Source: Sedimentisphaerales bacterium (lineage in GTDB: Bacteria > Planctomycetota > Phycisphaerae > Sedimentisphaerales > SM23-30). Taken from it: a DNA stretch of 64,000 nt. The notes under the pieces were generated by a model. It searched no databases and was not told where the DNA came from. It was given only the letters and a program-made list of their open reading frames with translations. The stretch spans positions 96,001-160,000 of the forward strand of contig CAXXMR010000013.1 in the NCBI GenBank assembly GCA_963663805.2, in the 5' to 3' direction. The translations under genes were made by a program, and so were the position numbers. Positions 23,668 through 33,709 of the stretch are shown piece by piece. Every line of letters begins with the position of its first letter. Within the stretch, counting starts at the first letter, position 1.

Positions 23668-24447
23668 ATGGCCGTTGCGATAAGAAGCAAAAGTGAAATT
23701 GAACGGATTCGCGCTGCCGGCAGAATAGTCGGGAACGTCCTGCAGAAAATTAAAGAACAAGCCGCGGCGGGAATGACTACCGCGGATTTGGCCCGGATAA
23801 GCGATGACATGATTGAGGCTTCGGGCGGAACGGCTCTTTTTAGAGGTGTTCCCAACCCCGGCAGCTTTGATTTTCCCTCGAGTATCTGTGCCAGCGTGAA
23901 CGAAGAACTGGTACACGGCATTCCGGGCAGTAAAAAGCTCCGGGACGGCGATATTGTCAGTATCGATTGCGGTGTAAAGCTGAAGGGCTATTGCGGTGAT
24001 GCAGCCACTACCGTATTAATCGGTAAGGTTGCCCCGGAAGTTGAGCGACTGGTAAAAGTTACTGCCGAAGTATTGGAAATCGCCATCAACAACGTCAAAC
24101 CAGGTGTGTTGTGGAGCGAAATCGCCGGAAAAATGCAAGCTCACGCTGAGCAGGCCGGTTATGGTGTTGTGCGGGAATATGTAGGCCATGGAATTGGCCG
24201 TAAGATGCACGAAGACCCGAAGCTGCCTAATTTTGTGAGCCGCGAACTGCTGAATAATGACCTGTTGCTCAGGCCGGGAATGGTATTGGCGATAGAGCCG
24301 ATGGTCAACCTGGGTACGGCTCGGGTCAGGACGCTGGGTGACGGCTGGACTGTTGTAACCGTGGACGGCAAATGCTCGGCGCATATTGAACACACCATTG
24401 CAGTTACTGAAAACGGCTCGGATGTGTTGACTTTGCCCGACAGATAA
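23668..24447 (+). CDS. map: Methionine aminopeptidase type I
   Basis: VHGIP, GHGIG, HEDP, AIEPM, EHT. Confidence 0.98.
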   Translation: MAVAIRSKSEIERIRAAGRIVGNVLQKIKEQAAAGMTTADLARISDDMIEASGGTALFRGVPNPGSFDFPSSICASVNEELVHGIPGSKKLRDGDIVSIDCGVKLKGYCGDAATTVLIGKVAPEVERLVKVTAEVLEIAINNVKPGVLWSEIAGKMQAHAEQAGYGVVREYVGHGIGRKMHEDPKLPNFVSRELLNNDLLLRPGMVLAIEPMVNLGTARVRTLGDGWTVVTVDGKCSAHIEHTIAVTENGSDVLTLPDR

Positions 24448-24473
24448 GGGCAGAGCAGATAAATTGGGAAAAT

Positions 24474-24689
24474 ATGGTAAAAAAAGACGCGATAAGAGTT
24501 GATGCTGTTGTGCAGGAAGCCCTGCCCAACGCTGTTTTCAGGGTTGAACTTGAGAACGGTCATCAGGTATTGGCTCACGTATCCGGCAAGATGAGAATGA
24601 ATTTCATTCGGATTCTGCCCGGCGATAGTGTAACCGTCGAACTAAGCCCCTACGACCTGACCAAGGGGCGGATTGTGCTGAGAAAGTAA
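24474..24689 (+). CDS. infA: Translation initiation factor IF-1
   Basis: [23 protein letters not shown]. Confidence 0.99.
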   Translation: MVKKDAIRVDAVVQEALPNAVFRVELENGHQVLAHVSGKMRMNFIRILPGDSVTVELSPYDLTKGRIVLRK

Positions 24690-24704
24690 CAGGTGGAATG
24701 AGCC

Positions 24705-24824
24705 ATGAAAGTACAGAGTTCAGTCAGAAGAATTTGTGAAAATTGTAAGATAGTCAAACGCAAAGGCGTAGTCCGGGTTATTTGCTCGGCTAATCCCCGC
24801 CACAAGCAGCGTCAAGGAAAATAG
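24705..24824 (+). CDS. rpmJ: 50S ribosomal protein bL36 (not in the ORF track)
   Basis: Manual translation [39 protein letters not shown]. Confidence 0.97.
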   Translation: MKVQSSVRRICENCKIVKRKGVVRVICSANPRHKQRQGK

Positions 24825-24836
24825 TGAGGTAATGAT

Positions 24837-25220
24837 ATGCCCCGTATTGCTGGTGTAGATGTTCCCAATGACAAACCGGTTTGGATCGCCCTGAGATATA
24901 TTCATGGCATAGGTCCTTACCTTGCCAAGCAGATACTCAAGGAAGCTCAAATCGAGGACACCTTGAAGGCTGGTAAACTTACCGACGATGAAATCGTGCG
25001 TATAGCGGGCATCATCGACAATAATTACGTTGTCGAAGGTCAGCTTCGCCGTCAGACTGGACAGAATATCGCTCGTTTACGCGATATTGCCTGCTACCGT
25101 GGTCTGCGTCATCGTCGCGGGCTTCCGGTTCGCGGCCAGAACACTCAGAGTAATGCCCGGACCCGTAAAGGGCCGCGTAAGACTGTCGCCGGTAAGAAGG
25201 GCGTCAAGGATATGCACTAA
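24837..25220 (+). CDS. rpsM: 30S ribosomal protein uS13
   Basis: [20 protein letters not shown]. Confidence 0.99.
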   Translation: MPRIAGVDVPNDKPVWIALRYIHGIGPYLAKQILKEAQIEDTLKAGKLTDDEIVRIAGIIDNNYVVEGQLRRQTGQNIARLRDIACYRGLRHRRGLPVRGQNTQSNARTRKGPRKTVAGKKGVKDMH

Positions 25221-25269
25221 CCTTTTTGTGGTCAGTTAAAGCTGACCATGAAATTTCAGGAATTTATTT

Positions 25270-25656
25270 ATGGCCAAAAGAGCAGGTAAAAGAAAAAGAA
25301 TCAGACGTAATGTTGGCAAAGGTATTGTCCATATCAAGGCATCCTTTAACAACACCCTCGTGACTATTACAGACGTGAACGGCGAAACCCTTTGCTGGGA
25401 TTCAGCCGGCACGATCGGTTTCAAGGGTTCGCGTAAAAGCACGCCATTCGCCGCGCAGCGGGCCGCGGAAAAATGTGCGAATTCGGCGAAAAAATTCGGC
25501 GTACTCGAAGTTGAAGTGCGGGTTAAAGGTGCCGGCGGAGGACGCGAGTCCGCTATTACCGCTTTACAGGCGACCGGCATGAGAATCAGCGCTATCGAAG
25601 ATGTTACTCCGTTGCCCCACAACGGTTGTCGGCCCCGTAAGAGAAGACGTGTATAA
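25270..25656 (+). CDS. rpsK: 30S ribosomal protein uS11
   Basis: SFNNT, KSTPFAA, PHNGCRP. Confidence 0.99.
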   Translation: MAKRAGKRKRIRRNVGKGIVHIKASFNNTLVTITDVNGETLCWDSAGTIGFKGSRKSTPFAAQRAAEKCANSAKKFGVLEVEVRVKGAGGGRESAITALQATGMRISAIEDVTPLPHNGCRPRKRRRV

Positions 25657-25721
25657 CCACTGAATGATATTTGCAAGACTCGATATAGACTTGAGTCAGC
25701 CTAAGGAGTGATACTAGACAA

Positions 25722-26354
25722 ATGGCTAAGAACACTGGTCCTGTTTGCCGGATGTGCCGTCGTGAAGGCATCAAACTCATGCTGAAGGGTTTGCGCTGCG
25801 AAAGCGCTAAATGCCCCATGGAACGCCAGAACCGCAATCGTCCCCCGGGGATGCATGCCTGGCGTCGTGGTCGCGGCAGTGATTACGGTGTACGTCTACG
25901 CGAAAAACAGAAGGTCAAACGCTATTACGGCGTGCTGGAAAAACAGTTCCGCTCCTACTTCAAACAGGCTGAAAGAATGACCGGTAATACCGGCGAAGAA
26001 CTTCTTCAGTTGCTGGAGCGTCGTTTGGACAATGTGGTATTCAAAATGAACTTCGCGGCTTCACGCCGTCAGGCTCGTCAGATTATCGCTTTGGGACATA
26101 TTCGCCTCAACGGTAAGCGGATGGATATTCCCAGCTATATCGTCAAGCAGGGCGATAAAATCTCTTTCCGCTCCAAGGAAAAGACCGGTAAGATGATTCG
26201 CAATCATCTTGAAGCGGTCCCCGGGGCGGTAATCCAGGAATGGCTGCAAGTCGACCTGACCAAGCTCGAAGGTGTCGTTGCCGCCTTGCCCTCGCGTGAG
26301 GACATCCAGATTCCGGTTGAAGAGCAGTTGATTGTGGAGTTCTGCTCCAAGTAG
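25722..26354 (+). CDS. rpsD: 30S ribosomal protein uS4
   Basis: LREKQK, LERRLDNVV; N-terminal Cys. Confidence 0.99.
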   Translation: MAKNTGPVCRMCRREGIKLMLKGLRCESAKCPMERQNRNRPPGMHAWRRGRGSDYGVRLREKQKVKRYYGVLEKQFRSYFKQAERMTGNTGEELLQLLERRLDNVVFKMNFAASRRQARQIIALGHIRLNGKRMDIPSYIVKQGDKISFRSKEKTGKMIRNHLEAVPGAVIQEWLQVDLTKLEGVVAALPSREDIQIPVEEQLIVEFCSK

Positions 26355-26506
26355 AAATGAAATATGCCGCGAAAAAGCGGTTAATGGGAAGGCTTACGAT
26401 AGCCCCTGTTTTGTCAAAAGTAAGTTGTATCTCGGGCCTCCGGCGTTGGAACGCTCGGAAGGGATTGCAACTGATGCTGGCAGCAGGATAACATGGAGGC
26501 CGAAAT

Positions 26507-27499
26507 ATGCGTATAAGATGGCGTGGTTTGGAATTGCCCACTCGTGTTGAGCTGGACAGAAATGTGTCGACAGATACTTACGGCAGACTTTACATTGAGC
26601 CTTTTGAACGTGGTTTTGGAATTACCGTAGGAAATAGCCTGCGTCGAATTCTGTTGTCGTCCCTGGAAGGTTCAGCGGTCACGGAAATTAAGATTCCGGG
26701 TATGTCGCATGAATTTATGGCTCTGCCCGGCATTGTCGAAGACGGCACCGACTTGATTTTGAATGTAAAGTCGCTGATAGTCGATCTCGACTCCGATTAC
26801 CCGCGTACCATAAGGGTTTCGAAGAAAGGGCCCGGTGTCGTTACCGCAGCTGATATCGAAGCTGACCCTACGGTTACCATTGTCAACAAGGACCAGGTCA
26901 TTGCCACTGTCAGTGATGAGTCCACCTTCGAGATGGAAATGACCGTAGAGCGGGGCCGTGGTTATGTCCCCGCCGATTACGACGATGGTGCCGACGAACG
27001 AGAAGTTGGGATTATTCCCATTGATGCTCTGTTTTCGCCGGTTTCGCGAGTACGTTACAAAACTGAAGAAACCCGCGTTGGCCAGAATATCAATTATGAC
27101 AGATTGATTATGGACATCTGGACCGATGGTTCGGTTACGCCCGAACTGGCATTAGTTGAATCTGCCAAGATATTGCGTAAGCATCTGGGCGCCTTTGTCA
27201 GCTATTTCCAGGTTGGTCGTGATACCGCTTCGGTGACCGAAGAGATCGAAATTGAGGCACCTGTCGAAGCTGAGATCGACGACGCTTTGCGGGCTAAGCT
27301 CGAAGCACCGATTCAGGAGCTGGACCTTACGGTTCGTTCCACGAACTGTCTGGAACTGGCCAAGATCGAAACTATAGGCGAACTGGTTCGGATGCACGAA
27401 ACTCAGCTTCTGTCCTTACGCAGCTTTGGCAAGACCAGCCTGCGTGAGATTCGCAAGAAACTTGAGGATATGGGATTGTCGTTGGGAATGGACGTTTAA
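26507..27499 (+). CDS. rpoA: RNA polymerase alpha subunit
   Basis: EPFERGFGITVGNSLRRILLSS; alpha-CTD RSFGKTSL. Confidence 0.99.
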   Translation: MRIRWRGLELPTRVELDRNVSTDTYGRLYIEPFERGFGITVGNSLRRILLSSLEGSAVTEIKIPGMSHEFMALPGIVEDGTDLILNVKSLIVDLDSDYPRTIRVSKKGPGVVTAADIEADPTVTIVNKDQVIATVSDESTFEMEMTVERGRGYVPADYDDGADEREVGIIPIDALFSPVSRVRYKTEETRVGQNINYDRLIMDIWTDGSVTPELALVESAKILRKHLGAFVSYFQVGRDTASVTEEIEIEAPVEAEIDDALRAKLEAPIQELDLTVRSTNCLELAKIETIGELVRMHETQLLSLRSFGKTSLREIRKKLEDMGLSLGMDV

Positions 27500-27574
27500 G
27501 TCGGTTCCTGTGGATTGAATGGATAATGGGCTCGAACGCCCAGTTGAAGTAAGTAATAGTAAGGAACGATTGTC

Positions 27575-28132
27575 ATGCGACATCGAGTTTACGGCAGACA
27601 TTTGAGTCGTACCCCCTCGCACCGGGTGGCGTTGAAACGTAACCTGGCAGCTTCTCTTTTCGAGCACGGTACGATAGAGACTACTCTGGAAAAGGCTAAA
27701 TTTGTCCAGCCTTTCGCGGAAAAACTGATTACCCTGGCTAAGAAGGGCAGTCTGCATGACCGCCGCAGGGCTATCGCTTTGCTGCAGGATCGTGCTATCT
27801 GCACCGTCAAAGACGACGAGCCGGAAAAAGTTGGTACTGTAATCAGCAAACTCTTCAGCGAAGTTGGCCCGCAGTTTGCTGAACGCAATGGCGGCTATAC
27901 CCGCATTATCAAGCTGCCCCTGCGTCGAGTTGGCGATAATGGCAAGCTGGTACTACTTCAGCTGGTGACCGAAAAGGTCGCTCCTTCGGCCCCCAAGGCC
28001 AAGGCGGCTAAAGCTCCTGTCGCCCCGGAATCGCCGGTAGAATCCGCCCCTGAGGAAGCACCGGTAGAAGCTGCTCCCGCCGTCGAAGAACAGGCCCCGG
28101 TCGAAGAGGAAACCAAGTCGCAAGACAACTAG
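27575..28132 (+). CDS. rplQ: 50S ribosomal protein bL17 with Ala/Pro/Glu-rich C-terminal tail
   Basis: MRHR, TTLEKAK, RNGGYTRI. Confidence 0.99.
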   Translation: MRHRVYGRHLSRTPSHRVALKRNLAASLFEHGTIETTLEKAKFVQPFAEKLITLAKKGSLHDRRRAIALLQDRAICTVKDDEPEKVGTVISKLFSEVGPQFAERNGGYTRIIKLPLRRVGDNGKLVLLQLVTEKVAPSAPKAKAAKAPVAPESPVESAPEEAPVEAAPAVEEQAPVEEETKSQDN

Positions 28133-28146
28133 ATTTTGATTGATTC

Positions 28147-28187
28147 ACGCCAGGTCTGTGCTTATCGTGCGGACTTGGCGTTTTTTT
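28147..28187 (+). terminator. Intrinsic terminator ending the alpha operon
   Basis: ACGCCAGGTCTGTGC-loop-GTGCGGACTTGGCG followed by T7. Confidence 0.85.
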
Positions 28188-28219
28188 ATGGATAAAAATC
28201 GGGGACAAAGGAGTAAGCT

Positions 28220-28642
28220 ATGGCCGGCGATTGCATTTTCTGTAAAATAGTTAATGGCGACATTCCTTGCAGTAAAATTTACGAAGAACAACGCATCTTG
28301 GCATTCATGGACATCAACCCGCTCTCGCCGGGCCATTGTCTTGTCATTCCCAAAGAACATCACGCAACCTTGATTGACTGTCCCTCTGATTTGCTCGCGG
28401 AGTTGGCCTCCAGGCTGCCCGCTATTGCTCAGGCGGTCATTGCGGTTACCAACGCCGATGGATACAATCTGCTCAACAATAATCACCGCTCTGCCGGCCA
28501 ATTGGTTGACCATGTCCATTTTTACATCATCCCCCGCAAGCAAGGTGACGGGATAATCTCCCACGCCAAACCTAGCCCCTACGCACCCGGCCAGCTCGAA
28601 AAACTTACCACCGCCATTCTCGCGAAGCTAAAATCAATCTGA
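28220..28642 (+). CDS. HIT-family nucleotide hydrolase (variant triad HxHxY)
   Basis: CIFCKI, DINPLSPGHCLVIPK, AGQLVDHVHFYIIPR. Confidence 0.92.
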   Translation: MAGDCIFCKIVNGDIPCSKIYEEQRILAFMDINPLSPGHCLVIPKEHHATLIDCPSDLLAELASRLPAIAQAVIAVTNADGYNLLNNNHRSAGQLVDHVHFYIIPRKQGDGIISHAKPSPYAPGQLEKLTTAILAKLKSI

Positions 28643-28724
28643 GGATACCTCAAGAACAACGCCATCTGTCTTTTTATAGTCCTGTGAATATTTATTAGAT
28701 TTTATTTATGTAAAGGATGTTCTG

Positions 28725-29666
28725 ATGAGCGAAAGTGATAACAGGCTACTGGCCATGGTTGCCACATTGTACTATGTAAACAATCAAAGTCAGAAAAGCG
28801 TGGCCGAGTTAGCTGGCGTTTCTCAGGCCAAGGTTTCTCGTTTGCTCGCCGAAGCACGCGAAAAGGGCATTGTCAGAATCTCGGTTGGCCCTTTCGAGCC
28901 TCGCGACAGAGAGTCAGAGCAGCAGCTCATTGATAAATTGGGCCTTCAGGAAGCCGTAATTGTTAATAACTCTACGACCAGCGAGAGCAAGAACAAAAGG
29001 ACCATTGGTTATTTTGCTGCGCCTATCGTTTCCAAAATGATTTTGCCTAATAGTATCGTCTGCGTTTCCGCGGGTCGTCAGATTGCCCAGATGGTTCGTG
29101 AAATGGAACCGCTCGGTGTCCCTGGCGTTACAGTCATCCAGACTATGGGGGGCATCGGTGCCAACGTCAACGAATATGACGCTGTCGAAATCGCCCGCCG
29201 CCTCGCCAAACTTTGCGGAGCCCATATCTATCAGCTTCAAACACCTACAATCGCGGACACAGTCGAAGAGAAAGAAGTTTTCGTTCGCCACAAACGTGTC
29301 CAGGACATGCTTACTAAAATGGACCAGGCCGATCTTGCCATTATTGGTGTCGGCATCCTTTCCGATTCACTGTTCATCGATCGCGAGTTCTTCAGAAACG
29401 AAGACAGCGAACGTTTAGTCAGGAAAGGTGCTGTAGGAGAAATCTGCGGACGACTCTTCGACGCCGACGGCAATGAATGCGACACTCAATACAAAGATCG
29501 CGTTATTAGCATGTCAATCGACCAGCTCAAAAAAACCCCTAAAGTGGTCGCTGTAACCAGCGGCACAGAACGCGCCCCAGCAGTACTGGCAGCCGCCAAA
29601 GGAGGAATCATCAAAACCCTCGTCTCCGACGAAGCAACCGCCCGAAGGATATTGGAACTAATCTAA
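28725..29666 (+). CDS. SorC/DeoR (LsrR-like) sugar-binding transcriptional regulator
   Basis: N-terminal HTH (VATLYY...SQAKVSRLL), C-terminal sugar-binding domain (GAVGEICGRLFD, LVSDE). Confidence 0.9.
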   Translation: MSESDNRLLAMVATLYYVNNQSQKSVAELAGVSQAKVSRLLAEAREKGIVRISVGPFEPRDRESEQQLIDKLGLQEAVIVNNSTTSESKNKRTIGYFAAPIVSKMILPNSIVCVSAGRQIAQMVREMEPLGVPGVTVIQTMGGIGANVNEYDAVEIARRLAKLCGAHIYQLQTPTIADTVEEKEVFVRHKRVQDMLTKMDQADLAIIGVGILSDSLFIDREFFRNEDSERLVRKGAVGEICGRLFDADGNECDTQYKDRVISMSIDQLKKTPKVVAVTSGTERAPAVLAAAKGGIIKTLVSDEATARRILELI

Positions 29667-29856
29667 AAAAGCGAACAGATCAAAACGCCGACAGCGTTTT
29701 ATTTGCTGGTCAAATATTGTGTGTTATTTTAAACCTGAACTTCAATAGTGGTATTTTGGCTAATTCCTTGCGGCACCCCTTATTGTTATGCCTAAAAATC
29801 CAAGGTAAATAATTTTATTTTTTTGAAAAAAAGTCAAACCCCACTGGTATTTGACT

Positions 29857-30460
29857 GCCTGCTAAATCCAAGCTAATCCACCGGCTCTGCCGGTGAGAAT
29901 TTATAAGGCTCTGCCGTTAAGTGCGTTACAATGGTCCTCCTTGAGGAAGGCTCCTGGGGTCAAGGAGGACACTATGAAAGACTGGCAGAGTCAGGCCCAT
30001 GTAAAATGGGACTGTAAGTATCATGTTGTTATTGTACCCAAATATCGTCGCAAAGCAATATTTGGTAAGTTGCGAAAGGAAATAGGTGCGATATTGCGAG
30101 AATTGTGCCGCCAATATGGGATAGAGCTTATAGAAGGTAACGCCATGGCAGACCATATTCATATGCTCCTGAGCGTTCCGCCCAAGTACAGCATCGCTAT
30201 GACCATCGGTTATCTCAAAGGTAAAAGTGCCATCCGGATTTCTCGTGATCTGATGCGTACCAAAGGCACTCTCTTTGGCCGCAGTTTTTGGTCTCGCGGT
30301 TATTGTGTAAGTACCGTTGGTCTTGATGAAGCCCATATTCGTAAGTACATTCAAGATCAGGACAAGCATGAGCAAAATATTGAAAAAGGATTAGACTAAC
30401 TGTAATGGCCCCTTTTAGGGGCCTTCCTCATACCACCGGCTCTGCCGGTGGTCATTGATT
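29857..30460 (+). mobile_element. IS200/IS605-family element (tnpA only); ends approximate
   Basis: Identical subterminal hairpins CCACCGGCTCTGCCGGTG at 29878-29895 and 30433-30450 flank a Y1 transposase. Confidence 0.85.
29974..30399 (+). CDS. tnpA: IS200/IS605 Y1 (HUH) transposase
   Basis: YHVVIVPKYRRK, HUH motif DHIHML, FWSRGY, YIQDQ; AGGAGG RBS. Confidence 0.95.
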   Translation: MKDWQSQAHVKWDCKYHVVIVPKYRRKAIFGKLRKEIGAILRELCRQYGIELIEGNAMADHIHMLLSVPPKYSIAMTIGYLKGKSAIRISRDLMRTKGTLFGRSFWSRGYCVSTVGLDEAHIRKYIQDQDKHEQNIEKGLD

Positions 30461-30569
30461 AAAACTGGACGTTCTCTGGACGATTTGAGGGTATTTTGAG
30501 ACTAAAACGAGAAAGTTAAGACAAATAAAAAGCCTCATAAACTATTAACTTACAAGGCTTTATATTTAA

Positions 30570-30615
30570 TGGGTAGAGGCGGACTTGAACCGCCGACACA
30601 CGGATTTTCAGTCCG
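30570..30615 (-). repeat. 3' fragment of tRNA-Phe(GAA), att-like direct repeat at the island boundary
   Basis: Minus strand reads CGGA-CTGAAAA-TCCG-TGTGTC-GGCGG-TTCAAGT-CCGCC-TCTACCC-A; the D arm and 5' acceptor strand are absent. Confidence 0.85.
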
Positions 30616-30777
30616 AATTTGGCTTCCGTAAGTGTTTTCCTAATAATGCTTTATATGGGTTAAATCAGGACTTGTAGAACCAACGGTAAATCAAAGCAGA
30701 ACCAAAGTAGCACCAAAGGTGCATGCTTGGGACGCGATTTTGGGACGCGGTATCAGCTCACACGATACATAGTACAG

Positions 30778-31066
30778 CTACAAGGAGGGTAAAATTGTTT
30801 ATACCAAACTCCAGGAACTTGGCATCTAAAACGAAGATGCGAGGTTTGTGCTGCCCAATGCCATCCAGAGTGAGATTGTTATATCCGCCAATTTCCGTCA
30901 ACTGCGGCAAATATTCTACCTTAGGTGTGACAAGCATGCCCAATGGGAAATCAGAAAAGTCGCCCTCCAAATGCTTCGCATCATGCAAAAGGAAGCTCCA
31001 TCTGTGTTTGATGGTTTCGTGATTGACGAAGAAGCTGAAACTGCTTGCACAAAGTTTGATTCTTGA
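30778..31066 (+). pseudogene. thyX: C-terminal remnant of flavin-dependent thymidylate synthase
   Basis: ...LQELGI*NEDARFVLPNA...SANFRQLRQIFYLRCDKHAQWEIR; in-frame TAA and no N-terminus. Confidence 0.8.
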
Positions 31067-31398
31067 AGTGATGTTGCGACGATTCAAGCAAAAACACCTT
31101 GCTGTGTAAATACATATGTTACTGATCTGACAATCTCTTAGGTTTTCCATTTCGATCACCATGATAACCATGCTGATCATGATGTCCAGGATTTTAGTTG
31201 AGGTTTAGTTGCAGTCTGGTCAATAACGGAATACGCGTTGTCGCGATGCCGCGGCCCGAGACTTCTACCACATCGACCAGACGGTCCGAACACTGCGTGT
31301 CAAAGGACATTTGCCATACTCAACGACCATCCTCGCTGCCAGCTGGTTCGCTGACTGATGAGACACAGAACCTGGAAGATGCCCAGAAGACACCTCAG

Positions 31399-32028
31399 CT
31401 AGTATCCAAGGTGCGCCGATAGATCCGACAGAGAAGTGATTACACCCCCCCCGGCAATGCCCTGCCGTTGCAGGTGCAAGGCCCTAAACCCCAACTGCTT
31501 TGGCTTCTCATAGTCATGCTCAACGTTGTCGCCAACAAACAACACGGCTGATGGACGAACCGCCATAGCACGCGCAAGCTCTGAGTATATCCGAGCATCC
31601 GGTTTTCCGATGCCAAGATCACATGAGAAGAGTACACACTCAAACCACTCATCCAACCCCTTCTCGTAGAACCACGGCTTGTAGAGCGTACATTGATTCG
31701 ATACTATCGCCAACCTACGCCCTGTCTTTCGGATTCTGGCCAGCACCGACAATACCTCTGGATAGAGCCGGATATTCGCCAGATCATACTCCAGTTGAGC
31801 ACACATCGCCCCCATGTACATTGATAGGTCATATCCTAACCCCTCCCTCAACTCCCCCAGAAGCCCCGCCGCAGATTCCTGCTGTCTCAACAGGTAGTAC
31901 GGTTTCACCTTCTGCCGCCAGAACTCCCTCTCTTTGGGTAACCCCGCCTTCAACAGCGTAAACGTTCTCCACCCATCAGGTAGGTAGATCAACGTGTCCC
32001 ACAAGTCCAGCGCCACTACCTCACACAT
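31399..32028 (-). CDS. HAD-superfamily hydrolase/phosphatase
   Basis: Motif I LDLWDTL, IVSN, KPD, FVGDNVEHD. Confidence 0.9.
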   Translation of the reverse strand: MCEVVALDLWDTLIYLPDGWRTFTLLKAGLPKEREFWRQKVKPYYLLRQQESAAGLLGELREGLGYDLSMYMGAMCAQLEYDLANIRLYPEVLSVLARIRKTGRRLAIVSNQCTLYKPWFYEKGLDEWFECVLFSCDLGIGKPDARIYSELARAMAVRPSAVLFVGDNVEHDYEKPKQLGFRALHLQRQGIAGGGVITSLSDLSAHLGY

Positions 32029-32487
32029 CGTCGCTTCACCAACACGAGTTTCTTCGCATACTCTCTGAACGACACTCCGTTTCTTTCTTCAACCACCGCC
32101 TTCCAATCACTCACTCCATCTCGGCTAGCAAGCCCGTTGCAGATACCTCCAGCCATCGAGGCAACAGAATCCAAGTCCCCACCAGGCAGCCGTCGATTGG
32201 CAATATCGATAAGACACTGCCTAGGATCGTCATACATGAGGCCTATGATCACTGCACACACCACAGATGAACACGCGAACCCGCCCATACCAATGGTTCG
32301 CTCCAATTCGTCGCACAGACTACAACCACTGTATCCACGCGAAGCCGTCAGCCCCGTCACGAGGTTCGCAACCACCCGAGAATGGTGCCCGCCACAGAAT
32401 ACATCCCACAGCCGGTGCGCCCGTTCACACAACGCACTAGCGATCACCTCCTGTGTACCACCTTGCATTATCTGGGCGTAGACAAGG
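32016..32487 (-). pseudogene. ADP-ribosylglycohydrolase-family protein, N-terminus lost at the IS66 end
   Basis: C-terminal motif GGDLDSVASMAGG; the frame runs up to the IS66 end at 32488. Confidence 0.7.
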
Positions 32488-33674
32488 GTGAGTTTTCGGC
32501 AAGCCTGAAAAATTTGAAATTTATTCGTGGGTGCCGGAGCTTTGCAGCCTGTCGCGGTAGTTCCAGGGCATCCAGTCAGCCGGGGATGCTGTTGCGGCGT
32601 CGATGTGCTTTTGCAACTGGGTGAGGTAGTCGAACGGGTTGACCTCGTTCAGTTCGCAGGTGTGGATGATACTCATGAACATGTCGCCCACACGGGCACC
32701 GTTGAGGGTCTTATAGAAGTAGGCGTTTTTCCGGTTGAGAATCACCTTCTTCAGTGCTCTTTCACATAGGTTATTGTCTAAGGGGGCACCGGGCTGCCGG
32801 AGGAACAGCGTCAGTTTCTCCCAGTGCCGGAGCATATAGCCAATCGCCTCGCCCAGCCCACTGTTCGGTTCGACCTTCTTTTGCTCAATCTGTTCGTTGA
32901 GCCAGCGTTTCAGTTCATCCATTTTGGGGCCGCTGCGCGTCTGATGCCACACCAGGGGATCCTGATCGGACAGGCCCTGACGTTTGGCCTCGTCGTCATG
33001 GGCATACACGTCCTTGAGCACGTCCAGCACATACAGGCACTCCTCCGGGAAGTTGGCCGCCACCTCCACAAAACGCCGCCGGCCATGCGTCAGACAGTTG
33101 CCCAGGATCTTCTTGAGCGGTTCGGGCGCGTTACGGCTCAGGGCATCGCACATCTGGATGGGCTTGGCCAGTTCAGCGGCGCGCTTCCTGAGCAACTCGG
33201 CCAGGTTCTCGCCGGCATGGCAATGGCCGGTGAAGAACAACGCGATCCGATGATCGTCCCCGACCGATACGATGCCGGAGGTAAATACGCCTTTACGTTG
33301 GTCTTTGGACGCTGCATCCTGCCGGCGGCACAATTCCAGCACCTTCATGGTCGTATCATCATTGTGCAGCAGGCGGCCCTGGGCAGCCTGATGGATCATT
33401 TCCTCAAACACCGGCTCAATCCGGTCGGCAACCTCCTCGACAATCTCCCATTGGCTCGCCGCCGGCAGAGGAATCCCCAGGCTGCCCTGGAGCCCTTGCA
33501 GGCGGTTGAAGGGGACTCCGCTGCCGTATTTCAGCAGAGCGATCATACTGGCAGAGGTCGCGTCATATTTTTCTGTTCCTACCCCCTCAGGTGGTGCCGC
33601 CGTAAAAATTGTTCCGCACAGATTGCAGCGCAGTTTCTGTAATTCATACACCGTCGCGCCCAGAGGGGCCTGCC
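32488..33674 (-). mobile_element. 5'-truncated IS66-family transposase with one terminal repeat
   Basis: HNDDT, CLTHGRRRF, LDNNLCERALK; probable end GTGAGTTTTCGGC at 32488; N-terminus replaced by unrelated sequence. Confidence 0.88.
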
Positions 33675-33709
33675 TTGGCCAAACTGCTATGAGGATATTA
33701 CATCTTGAC

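Noticed and set aside
27960..28132. Repeat-like tail of rplQ
   Set aside because: Low-complexity Ala/Pro/Glu extensions are common in bL17.
30570..30645. Complete tRNA-Phe gene
   Set aside because: The D arm and 5' acceptor strand are missing, so it is treated as an att fragment.
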